DNA from: Lama glama
Taxonomy: Eukaryota
Reading direction: 5' to 3'
DNA length: 64,000 nt
NCBI GenBank assembly: GCA_028534125.1
Contig: CM052816.1
Span: 24,244,001 to 24,308,000 of the forward strand
In this document: piece after piece, positions 11,611 through 24,009 of the stretch
Layout of the letters: each line of letters begins with the position of its first letter
How positions within the stretch are numbered: the stretch's first letter is position 1
Translations under genes and position numbers: made by a program
The notes under the pieces: generated by a model
The model's database searches: none
The model's input: only the letters and a program-made list of their open reading frames with translations
What the model was told of the DNA's origin: nothing

Positions 11611-14479
11611 TAGATGAGGACATGAATGCCCTAAAGGGTTATGCCACTTACCCACGGTTACACAGTGACATAATGTGATCTCTCAATCAAGACTTCCTGA
11701 ACAAATGTCATTCTAGGCTTTGGTCTGGTTGCTGAGGATGCAAACACGAGGATGGAACTCCATCTGGGCTCTTAAGGAATTCCCAAGTTCACTGGTGACT
11801 CCAGTGTGCAACAAAGAATCACGCTAAAATTTGTGTCTAGGAGAAACTTGTTTGTTTGACTGGCATTAAATGATACCAACTGTGTGAGGGCATTACGCTG
11901 AACTCCACAGGAAATGCAGAGATGGGCAAGGCACTCTTGTTGAGAATCAAGTCCCAATGACTTGCTCCAGCTTCCAGTGCTTTTCCTAATGCACCTTTTG
12001 TGTTGCTGAACACCGTGATGCTACTCATTAGGGTTTGCAGCTTCCTGCACTGAATGATGATGTGCAAGTAAAGGGAGGTGAGGCAGGGGGTCATACTTCT
12101 TCCTATTTCTAAGCAACCAAAAGCTCTCTCTTTGGGTTTATGTGCACTGACATGCACTTCTTTGCCTGTGGAACAGAAAACTGCACTCTTAGATAAATTG
12201 GCGAATGGAAGAAGACAGGGAGTAATAAAGGAGGTATGGAATTTTATAAGCTTCATGATCTCCTACCCCAAAGGCCTGAATCTATGTAATGAGGTAATAG
12301 AACAAATTCCTGCCGATTATGAATTTATTCCTATAAAAAAAGAAATGATAGGAATAAAATAAATGTAATTTTTTTTCTGCCTACATCATTAGTTAGTAAT
12401 ATTCTTGAAGATGTTATAGAGTTTCTTCCTACATCCATTATGCTCTATGTAGGGCTAAAAATAAACAGTGGCACAGGGAAATAGGCAAGCATTATTGATC
12501 TGTGTCAGGGCCATTTCCACCTGAATGTTTGCAAAAGGCACAGCCCTCTGTTGCAAACCAGTTTACAGGGAGCAGTTCGTTCATTGCTATATACAGATGA
12601 TAAAAAATGAAGTGAATTGTCAGGGAAATGTTGGCTGATATTACAAAATAGAACTAGAAGGGATGTCCTTTGGAATCAATGAAGAGGGCTCCTCCACTGT
12701 GTTCCTGTGGAACAAAGGGAAGAACTGTGGAGTCCAGTGTCTGGGGCTCCAGACCTGAGTGTCACTTCTGGTTGGAGTTTGCCCCACTGGCTGCACCCAG
12801 CCCCCCTCAGCTGCCCCCTTGTCCTGGGAGCAGGGGCACTTCCCTGACCCCTCCTGCCCTTCAGCCCTTCTAGCGAGTTCTAATTCCCCATTGATACTGA
12901 CCGTGCTTGTGTACACACGTATGTGCACGTTTGTACTCACATGCACACCTGTGTGCAAACAGAATGTTTTCCTGGGATCCTCTTTTGACATTTGGTTCTC
13001 CATTCATTTTTTGTAAATTTCTGTTATTTTTTTCTCCTCATTTATTTCCTACCAGAGTTGTTACTCCTGTAATATCCTCAACCCTTAATTTTCTCACTTC
13101 CTTCCCACTCCACTTATCAAGCTTCTACCTCTGAGGCTTCATTTTTTCTTTTCTTTCTTTTTTTTTTTATAACTGTCATTTCAATTCAACAAGCATTCAG
13201 TGAGTGCTGGGCACGTGCAAGGTTTGGGGCTAAAGAGACCAATAGGACAGAATGTTTGTCCCCAAGTTGCTCAGTCCAGTGGGACCTGTGGTCTGCGCTC
13301 TGCCCTCTCCTCTCTACTCTAGTTATCGATCTCTCCCTCCAGGCAGTTTCCTGCCAGTGTACTCCACTGCAGTAACAGCTAAGAGTGGTGCAGTAGAAAT
13401 TAATTCTGTCTTAAACCCCCATAACATGGGATGTGTGACAAGAACTGGACTTGGAGCAAAGGGCCTTACCCACCCTGAAATGTGATATGAGAAGCAGTTG
13501 GATTCTGTGTGTTAAAAATGCCCAAAGGATGCTAATGGGCGTGACCACCTTCTAAAGCTCTGTAGTGATACTGTTTCACCTGAGGGCACAGTTGTCCAGG
13601 CTCTGGAAAAAGCCTATTGACAACCACTCTAAAGGGCTGGTCTTCGTGCCAGCGCAGCACTGGAATGCTAAAATAACTACCCATTTTTAAATCAGTACCA
13701 AAAGCAGACAGACCAACCCTGACTGAGCACAGTAACAGTTCACTCCACTCTGGGGCTGAGGAAATTGCTTTCCATCATCTCTGTATCCATCTCTTTCCTT
13801 TAGATCTTTTCTAGGTTTCTCTGCCCATCCAAATACAACATCAGTCTATTTTCAACGAAAGAGACACCAAGAATAGTGTCAGGCAGTACATCTTTCACAG
13901 TCACAAAACTATGCCAGTTGTATATAGGCCAGACTTAAAACAAGCAGTAGGGGAGGAACTTAAAAACTAATAGATATTTTAAATATAGCCCATCTCTATT
14001 CCTCAGTCTTCTGATAATCAACAAATAACTTGTACCAAGGGCTGAGATAACGTAAGATCTTTACCCTTCAAGGCCTTTGTTGTGTGGATGGAATTCTTAA
14101 CTGGTTTCATCACTCGTGATAGGGTTAATGTCTTTCTGATGGCTGGGCATTATTGGTTTCCCACCTTCATTCTTGAAATCCTTTTGTGCCATGTCATTCT
14201 TCACTTCCTTGGTCTTCCTCTGTTTCTCATTCCTTACCATCTGGAATATGTCACTATGTGTAGTATCCATTCTGTAGTATCTCTGAGTGGCATGCATCCA
14301 AATGATTACAGCTATCTTCCTGGAACCTTGCCTTTGCAAAGAGGAGTGATGCTTTGAGGCCACTGGCATTGCCATGTCCAAATTAGCCCTCATCCTCCTG
14401 CATGTTATATCACTGCCCTGCGTTCTAGGCCTAATAAAAGTTACTGGGACCAAATTCACCATGACTTCCTTGCATGTTA

Positions 14480-14730
14480 TGAGTACCCTGATCACTGGCT
14501 GTTGCTTGGAGAATAGACTGTACGTGGGCAAGAATGGAAGCAAGGCAACCAATTAGGAGGTTCCAGCAGTAATTCAGGGAGGATCTGTCAATGGCTTGAG
14601 TAAGGTAGCAGCAGTGGAGATGAAGAGAAGTGTAGAATTTCAAGATAGCAGGACAAACAGGACCTGAAAGTGAACTGAATATGTGGGGTGAGGAATGGAA
14701 TGGAATCAAGACATGCCCTAAGTTTGGAGG
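14480..14730 (-). mobile_element. L2 LINE fragment
   Basis: 'ggagaatagactgtacgtgggcaagaatggaagcaaggcaaccaattaggagg...gcagtggagatgaagagaagtg' is characteristic antisense L2. Confidence 0.75.
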
Positions 14731-14974
14731 AGAAGGAGGTTAATGAGGGAGGTATGCTAAAGGGGAGGGGAACAGAGATAGCACAAATAAAGTTGGCTAA
14801 ATGATGTTAAGGATCTCTTTCAATTCACTAGTAAGAACTGACTTAAGATCATTAATACTGAAATACATGTACTAGCCCTTTGAAATCTATAAAGTTTAGA
14901 GTAACTCTAAGGCACTGTTACTATGTTGCATTGGTTCCATAATATGGCTTCCAAGGAGTGGGGCATTTTTAACA

Positions 14975-15070
14975 GGTAAGTTCTTTGAGGGTGAGAGCAG
15001 TGCCTTATTTGTTGTGCCTTCCGCACTAACAGTCTTACAATAATGGTGTTGGGTAGGTTTGTTGAACAAA
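14975..15070 (+). mobile_element. L2 3' terminal fragment
   Basis: 'gtaagttctttgagggtgagagcagtgccttatttgttgtg...gtaggtttgttgaacaaat'. Confidence 0.5.
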
Positions 15071-18000
15071 TCAATTAGATTGTATATTTGATGTATAGAG
15101 TGACCATGTGGAAACAAATAGTATGTCTTAAAAAATCTCTCTCTCTTTGAGGGGGAGTGCTGCCCCCCTGAAGCAGCCAGGTGCCAGCTGGGAGGCATTA
15201 CTGCAAGGTGACTGGCTGGGCAGAAGCTGTAATGGCAATGAGGGAAATCTATGCCTGGGAGAAGAACAGTGAGGGCCAAGCCTGAAATCAGTGACACAGC
15301 AGCCTGCAAAAATGAGGAATGAAGTTTGGAGCGTGGAGGCCCAGGATGTAGGTCAAGGCATTCAGGACTTGGCCCTGTAAAGAGGCTCCCTGTCCTCCAG
15401 GCACAGGCTGCCCACTAGGTTATGCTGGGCTGGCCAGCTCTGATGGGCTCACTGAAAGCTGGCCTGGGCATAAGTGCCACTAAAAACGGGCACTGTATAA
15501 GGGGGAAAGAAGTCTGCCATCTCGAAAAAGGAAGAAAATGGACCCATTTTCTGCATCATCTACATTAGATAAAAACTTCTTATCCCTATTGGCAATATTT
15601 TTATGTCTTTGCCCCAGTGGAGGCCTGTAACCCATAGAACTGCCAGTATTACAAGATCAATATAAAAATTCCTGCTGTTCTGCTGACTTTGGTATTCCCC
15701 AAGGGATTATTTGGGAGACAGACCCGAAAAGCAATTTGTGGCAAGTTCAGTATGCTAGTTCTCCTTGAGAAGGGCCGCTGAGAAGGAACTTTGCGGGAGC
15801 CTCTCCAGTTTCTTGGCATGTCTGCTCCCCTCCTGACGTCCTGTGGCATGTGGTAATACTTCCTCCAGTTCTTAGGTTTTTACTTCAGTCCGTCACTTTG
15901 GGGCCTCTTTTCGTGACATCCACAAATATTTTGGAGCTTGTTCTTTTAACCACAAATCTTTATAGCTTTTCTGTTTGTTTTGGCATGGTCTGGAGATTGG
16001 CACGGAGGGACGGGTGCAAGGGAACAAGTGAGACTTTTGTTTAAAAACGCCTTTTCTCGGGTTGATATCCAGGGAAATACCCGTGAGTTGTCCTCCTGGC
16101 GGTGATTTTAAAGGCTTCATGAGGCTCCCTCCTCTCCACCCTGTTCTTTACCTTCCCTCACCTCATCCTCCCACCTGTTCTCCCTGGTGTGAGAAAGTAG
16201 TACGTCTGTGGCCCCCTCCACCTGATGGCTTCTGTGTGTGGCCTCGGCTGGGAAATGCTGCATGTCTGCACTGGGTTTGCAGAGAGCCAAGTCAAGAAAC
16301 AAGCACATTGGCGTGAGGCCATGTGCCCGCCTCCTGCTCCAGGTTCGCCCCTGATCCAAGCTGGAGTACATTCTCCAAGTTGTGGAAGGCCAAGGAGCAG
16401 CTTGAAAAGGGAGCAGGAACTCTGCTTTATTCTTAGCTACCGGGGCAGAGTCCTGGTCTGCCGAAAGTCAGCACTCTGTGCTTGCTGACTGGCAGCCAGG
16501 CCTGGCTGCTCCGCTGGCTGCCACACGGGCCACTTGGAAGCTGCTGCTTTGGCGCTTCTACGCTCCCTCCTTCCCTGGCACATGATGTCTTCTAACTTCC
16601 TCTGTGACCTACACAAAATTAAATAATCCACCAAGACCTCAGATTTCCAGTGTTGTGAGATATATTATTCCCTGTCATTCAAGAGACTGTTTTATGATGC
16701 CAACCAAGAGAGTTTTTTGGACTAAGCTAATATCCTTTAGTTTTTTCCTCTTACTAGTTCCTCAGTTGTTCTTAGACTGCCAACAGCCTCCAATGGGTTT
16801 CTGGAATAACAGTGCTTCAACATTTTCTTTCTAGTGATAAACCATTAGTCAATTATTTGTCATTTTCTAAAATAACTACCATGATCCTTTTCTAAAATAA
16901 GTGGTCATTTACTAAAATAAAATAACTTATTGATACCATAGCACAAATAGTTAATTCCCCAACAATGCAGCAGTCAAGCCAAGTTTGGTTAGATGTACTG
17001 AATGGACACAGAATTATTGCTCATTTCATGTAATTTCTTTAGAGGGAGAGGGAAAAGATCTGAAAATGATGATAATCTTACCAAAAAATAAGGTCTGCAG
17101 TCATCCTGGCTAAACTGGCATTTAGAAGAGTAAACTAAATAGGTAATTCTACTGTTTCCATTAGAATGAGAATGTGAATCACGAGAAAGACTGCCCTGGA
17201 TGCCCTGGCCCTTCTGCTTTGGGGTACCAGTGATGGTGAGAAATAGTAAGCCTGTTGACCAGGGTGGAGATCTTCCTCTTCCGACTCCTGCCCCCACACT
17301 TGCAAAAAGAGACAATGTTTCTCAAGAAGGCTTTTGGGATAGAGCACTAAGCAAATATACTGATAAAGAACAATCCTTTAAAAGGGAGGCTGGCTGCTCT
17401 AGTCAAATACTATTCACATATATGGCAAACCTTTTTACCTCTGACAAAGAAAGGGAGATGAGACTTTGTTTTAAAGTGCCTGTGTACATGCTCAAGCACA
17501 CATGTTGGCTCAGGGAGAGGGAATTCCTTCGTAGTGTTTTCTCATTACCAAGTCTAGTTCATGGGTCTTGGTCCACATAGCTTCAGTCTTTAATAGAAAG
17601 GTATTGCCTCTGTGATTGAGAAGGGTTGGGATTTTCAGATCTTGGAATTCTTTCTTCCTTCCAGCACTGATTGGATCCAAAACAGAATTAAAAACAATTG
17701 TCTGTTTGTCAAGTGAAAGGTTCACCACATTGTTTTCTTGTTTTCTCATTCTGTTGTCCTTCCCTTGCTTCCTCTGCATCACCAATCCAAACCCTAGTCC
17801 TTGTCTCCACCAGGAAGCCGTCTCTGCCTGGCTTTCCCACACAGTCACATCATGTCTGTTGTCTTTCTCTTTGTCTTAACTTGCTGCTGCACTCTACTGT
17901 TCACTGTTCAAGGACTGGGACAATGACATATCCAGTAACCACTTATTAAACTGTTTAATAGTTATTGAAATGAACTTCTAGTCCCCATATTGGCCCTCTA

Positions 18001-18129
18001 ACAACAGTTGCCAGTGGTCTTCATATTAAATTGCAAGTCAGCCCAGGAAGTATTACAAGTATTCCTTAATACTTCATGTGATCCTCATCATCATCTACAC
18101 AAGTAGTTAAAAATAAACTCAGTTGCAGA

Positions 18130-18500
18130 ACGGTATAAATTGAAAAGTAAATTTTCCTCTTTCTCCTACCCTCATTTTTCACTTTCCAGTTGTAACCAAC
18201 ATTAACGATTTTTATGCATCCTTCCAGAAGTTTGTGTGTGTGTATAAATATAAATGGGAGTCCCTTACACGTACTCTCCTGCACCCTGATTTTCAACTAA
18301 TGAGTAATTCATCCTAGAGATCTTCCTATCTCTTCATACTGTTGTTTTTTTTTTTCCTTACTGGCTCTGCAGTGTCCCATTGTGTAAATAATTATTGATT
18401 TAAGCAGTTCCCTGTTGATGAACATTTAGATCATTTTCATTTTGTTATTAGCAATGATAGTGCTCCAGTGAAGTTTCTCCTGCATTTGTTATTAGCATTT
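18130..18500 (-). mobile_element. Old L1M 3' fragment
   Basis: 'gcagtgtcccattgtgtaaat...gttccctgttgatgaacatttagatcattttcattttgttattagcaatgatagtgctccagtgaa' is antisense L1 3' region. Confidence 0.6.
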
Positions 18501-19854
18501 TTTGCTAACACCACTCCCCAGGGGATTAAAGATCCTGGATCCATACCCCACTGGAGAGGAGCAAGTGCTCTCCCCTCTCTTCAAACCTGTCCTTTTCTCC
18601 CTTTCCACTTTATTTTTATTCTTCACTCGCCTCCTCATAACTCAATTCTCAACCACAAGCAGTCCACTTAAACGAGGGTCCCCACTGAAATGCCTCATGG
18701 ACAAGGTGGTAACTTAATACAGGAAGCTGTAGTGTGTGAGAGAGTTGGATACATTGGGATTCATGGAGAAATGGAGAACCCCAAGGCCTGAAGACATGGA
18801 AATTCCAAAAGAATTTTAAATAGTCATGGTTTTCAGGCTCCAGGATACCAGCTAATAATAACTGATTTAAACAAATCTGCACTCACAAGGCCCTTTATGC
18901 GAAGTAGTTCCTCAGCCTGGGATGTCTGCAGTCTCAATCTTCTTCATCCTTCAAGGGCCCAGCTTAAATTCCACCTTCCCAGATTGTTTCCGCTCCTGCC
19001 TTCTACCTTACCACTATATTTCTGCCTCTGCTTATAACCCATCACTCTGCCTTCCATGGGGGGTTTTGAATCGCTAATGTAGGCTACCCAAAAGGCTGGA
19101 TCTTTGAGTTTCTCATTCCTTCTGTCTCTTGCATTTATTTCCATATAGCAGTTCCTAGTAAATGTTTTTACTGGGAAAAGGATGGGGGGGGGAATAAAGC
19201 CTAGTTTCAAAATGGAGACAGTATATGTATATTATGGTCATGGCATTCAGTAGAAAATTAAACAAAATCCTTTGAATGTCAAGGACATAAATGTTTATCA
19301 GCTAAAAATAATTCTCCACAAGTAATTTATAAGAATATCACTGAATTAGTTACGTCTCTCTTCTCCGTGTCATGTCCAGTCAGAGCAATAAAGATTAATT
19401 TGCTTTATCATAGAAAACACAGACACAGGGCAGACTTAAATTCTCAGTCGGAAAGTTTCTTGACTCCAATGATTGTAAAAGCAGTGACATCCAGGTAGTG
19501 AGAATTCTAAGCAAAGCAAGGTAGGAATATATACGCAGCATCCCGCAAAGTCAGCAGCACCTTCCTGTCAGAATGTCAGCAGCTCTCTCGTGAAGTTCAG
19601 GCTTGAAAACATCCTAAATGTGTTACCCTACGCATGGTGGCATGCTGACACGTTGGCTCTAATGATTTATGAATTAGTGCTTTATTTAAACTTTGAGTCC
19701 AAGAGTGACTGAGTGCCTGGCATCTGAGCACTACCAGATCCAACTTGGGAGAACACCTCCAGATCGTGATGTAGGTGGGAAGTTAATGAGCTGTTTTGAA
19801 GGCTGCCTTTCTTAATCACTGAGCATTTTCTGCTGAGATTATGTCTTCAAGTTG

Positions 19855-20530
19855 GGTTTATTGTGGTATAACTTACATACATAGTAAAATTCACTCTTTT
19901 TGTAGTGTACTATACTACACATTTTTAACAAATGCATACCATTGTGTAACTACTACCACAATCAAGATATAGAATAGTGCCATCACCCCCCAAAACTCTC
20001 TTGCCTTTTTTTTTTTTTTGGTGACTTCTTTTGGTAGTTGATATTTTATTTTTCATGACCTATTATAGTCAGCTCTTCCTATGACTCTCAGCCTCTGACC
20101 ACTACTGATCTGTTTTCTGACCCTACAGTTTGGCCTTTTACCAAATGTTATATACAAGGAATCAGATGGTATGTAGCCTTTTGAGTCTGGTTCCTTTTAT
20201 GCAACATAGTATGTTTGAGACCCATCCGTGTTGTGTGCACTAGCAGTTAGCTCCTTTCCATTGCTGAGTAGTCTTCCATCGTATAGATACACTACAGTTT
20301 ATCTCTTCACCAGTTGATTGAAGGACATCTGGGTTGTTTCCAGATGAGTCATTATGAATAAAGTCACTGTCAACATTCATATACCAATTTTTGCGTGAAC
20401 ACGTTCTCATTTCTCCTACATAAATACCTAAGTGTGGGACTGCTAGGTTGAATGACAAGTGTGGGTTTAATTCTTCTAAGAAACTGCTGAATCATTTTCC
20501 AAAGTGGCTGTTCTGTTTTGCATTCCCGTA
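19855..20530 (-). mobile_element. L1 (L1MB/ME-like) 3' end
   Basis: 'tttattgtggtataacttacatac...tgtgtaactactaccacaatcaagatatagaa...aaggacatctgggttgtttccag...tttccaaagtggctg'. Confidence 0.85.
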
Positions 20531-23084
20531 ATAGTCACTGAGAAAAGGCTACAATTAAGATCACATCAACACCATCTTAGATCACTTCAGCAGGGTTATT
20601 ATATATTTCAGGTAGACTGAAAGTCGCTTTAAGGTGTCAATAAGGTTGTTTTGCTTCAGCTGTGGATGAGTCGAGAGGAAGGGAGGGAACTGGAAGGGTA
20701 ATGTGGACCAAGCCTTTTATTTATATATTAGAACATTTTTTTTCTGCCTGAAAATGATTAAAGTGAATGTTTGGCTGCTTGGCAAGTCACTGCCCTGATA
20801 TTCAGGGGAGATTAGTGCAGCTTTATAGATAAGCTCAGAAAATCTACTGGGCCACAAAGTCATTTCCCAGGCCCTTCGGGCAGTCACCAGTGTTATGCTG
20901 TTCATGACACCCGGTAATACCGAGTACTGGGAACCTGAAGATGGTACGTCTTTTAAGGATGACGTTACCAAGTTTCATCCAAATTTTCAACTGCCTAATA
21001 ACTGACTTCCTTAGCACCTCACCTAAATGCTTTCAGATTCTAACTGTAGGAGAAACTTTGCTCATGAGGCTTCTTATGGTCTAGATTTCATATGGTTAGT
21101 AGGGGATTATGGATCTGGCCTCCACCACTGGCCTTTAACCTCAGCCCTAATTCCAGAGAGCTGTATCTGTGTGCTTTCTGGCTATTGCTGCCGTCAGCAT
21201 CTTTGTACTTTGGACAAGAAGATCAGTTCAAAGGCTGTTTGGGTTGGCGGCCTTGTCCTCCCATGGCCTGTTGTGGGTCATGGTGACTAGCTTTAGAATC
21301 AGCTGGGTGTCAAAAACAAGAAGGGAAAAAAAATCAGTGACTTGTGGACCTCTGATGCCCTTTTGTAACCTCCAGAGTTCTGTGGCAATCGAATTAAGCA
21401 CCCTGACCTAGAATTCAGCCAGTAACCTCAGGAACCAGTTACTTACACTCTTTAAGCAGGAACTGACAGAATGATCCCAACGAAGGAAACCTTTCAGCCA
21501 AGGGCACTAGACTCGGTGGGGTTTTTGTATTTTACTCACAACTCCACTTTAACAAAGCAGAAAGGAGATGGGAAAGCAAATGGAAAGTGATGATTTTCTG
21601 TCTGATTTTGCTTCCGGAGACTTGTCCATTCAGTGCTCGCCTCTCAGGCACAGAGCTGCCAGCTCCCCTTCCTTCCCTGAGCTCACACGCTCAGAGGTAC
21701 TCTGGAAAGTTCTTCAGCATCAGTCGGAGGTCTTATGTTTCGGGCTGATGTGACATTCTTCCTATGGATGCCACATTGGACAGACTTGAAGCCCAATAAA
21801 TATGATACCTGTGGTATCAAGAGGAAGCAGCTTGTTTTGTTTCCAGGTACAGATCTGACTGCTGGTAACCTTTTCAGAGCTGAGCTATGAGAATTTGAGA
21901 GCAGACAAGAAGTTGGGGTGGGGGGGGGGGAGACAAGCAAAGGTTTTGATTGTACCACATACCCTGGGGCACCCAGCAGCTTTGTGACTGTTCACTCGGC
22001 ATTAACTAAACCCACAGGATGGCCTTCCCTTTTATTGTCCAGTAAATTGTTTTCCCAGAGCTGCCAGCATTTGCAGCCCCAGTGAATTGTCTGACTTTGT
22101 ATATTCCACGTGGCCTGAAGAAGACCCAATTGGCAGGCCCTGCACATCAATTCCGAAAGGCAGCAAGTAAATGGAAATCTCTCTGGGGACTCTCGCTTGC
22201 TAGGCATATGGTGCATTCACAAAGCTAGACATTTTATCAGGCCAACAAATACATTTGCCAAGGAAAAGAATATAGCGATGCAGGGAGAAAAAACTCAGAG
22301 AAGACTGATGCTGCTAGATTTCATTCTTAATAAGGTGAGTTGATATTACTGCAGAAGACACTGAGGATCAGAGTATAACATAATAGGAAACTGTTCATAA
22401 TTATCATTGATGTGCTTTGAGTTTTATAATTAATATATTCATACTGGTGCTATCAGCGGAACATTTCTCTCCTCTATGTGTATTACGATTTATGGTTTGC
22501 TAGTTCACAGTAATACTGAATACTCCACAAATCTCACTCCTCAGCCAAGGGAAGATGTTAGTGGACCAGCTCATGAAGCATCTGGCCCATTTTTACACCT
22601 AGATTTACGGTGGACTAGCACTCGCACACTGACAGAATCCATGGTGTCTGGGGAGAGGGAGGGGTTACTAAAGTGTTATTTTAAAACTTCCTTTGCTTTC
22701 TGACAAAGAGGACAGTTTAGAAATTTCCCAATTGTCTTGCTGTGTGAGCCTCTAAATCTGCATTTGACACTGTTTCCCTTCGGTCCTATTACGATAGGCT
22801 TTTTCCTTCTGCAGTGAAGTGTGTTGATGTCAGTGGGTGTTACCTACATAAAAAAAATCTCATTCTAGTTTGAAAGAATATTTTTGACTAAACTTCTTTT
22901 TCTTCTTTTACATTTGTATGAAACTGATACATGTGTAAGTTAAAAAATAAACCCCACCTCCAACAGTGAGAAGGGGTTAGATTTTAGTCAGGAGTTTGCA
23001 GGTAGGGCTCCTAATGCCCGAAGGGAGGGCTTTACTCTAGAGAGCTGACACACACGCCAGCCCTCCAGGTTCTTTCCAGATAGC

Positions 23085-23207
23085 TTTTTTTTTTTTTAAG
23101 GTTTTATTCTGAACTAATTTTAGACTTTGAGAAAAGTTATAAAAATAATACCGAGATTTTCTGTATATTCCTCACTGAGATTTCCCTAATGTTAATATCT
23201 TACATCC
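23085..23207 (-). mobile_element. Short L1MC/MD-like 3' end with poly(T)
   Basis: T-run followed by 'ttttattctgaactaattttagactttgagaaaagtt...ttccctaatgttaatatcttacat'. Confidence 0.65.
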
Positions 23208-23506
23208 AGGCAGTTTTAATACTTCTTTCCAGATAGTCCTGTGATAGTGCCCACAAACAAAATTTTGGGTTCTAGCACAGTGCATGGACCTAAGGCCATG
23301 AATGGGGAGGAAAGTGAGGGGTGCCTGCAGGCCCCATGTACATTAGGTAGACTTCAATGAACCTGTTCTTCACCCACTTTAACATCTCAGTCTCTGCTGC
23401 CCAGTGAGCCAGGGGTTTTCCTGGCTCACTGCCAGGCAGCTCACTCCCACCCTCCCCCTTAACCCAAGTTTCCTCCTACATGTTCTAGGCTCTTACATTC
23501 TTGTTC

Positions 23507-24009
23507 TTTATCAATCAGGGCTCTCTAGAGAAACAGAATCAGGTAGATAAAGATATGCATAGAGAGAGAGAGAGAGAGAGAGAGATTGATTTATGTTAAG
23601 GAATTGGCTCATGTGATTGTAAAGGCTGGGAAATCTAAAATCCACAGGTTGGACATACAGGCTAGAAATTCAGAAGAGTTGATACTTCAGTCTTGAGTCC
23701 CAAATCCATAGGGTTGACCAGCAGGCTGGGAACTGAAGCAGGATTTCTATGTTATGGCCTTGAGGTGAATTCCTTCTTCTCTGGGAAACCTCAGTTTTTG
23801 CTCATAAAGCCTTCAATTGATTGGTGGAACCTCCTCTCCCACAGCCTACTGCATTATATTATGGAGGTAAGTCTGCTTTACATAAAGTCAAATGATCATA
23901 AATGTTAATCCCATCTACAAAATACCTTCACATCAACAGCTAGACTAGTGTTTGCCCAAACAGCTGGGTGCCGCAGCCTACCCAAGTTGACAGATAAAAT
24001 TAACCATCA
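23507..24009 (-). mobile_element. ERVL solo LTR (MLT2 family) with internal (AG)n
   Basis: 'tcagggctctctagagaaacagaatc...(ag)n...aaggaattggctcatgtgattgt...caagttgacagataaaattaaccatca' matches both ends of MLT2. Confidence 0.88.

Noticed and set aside
15120..15370. Possible ancient Gypsy/ERVL LTR or CTCF site (cttcaggggggcagc on the minus strand)
   Set aside because: Resemblance too weak to assign without a profile search.
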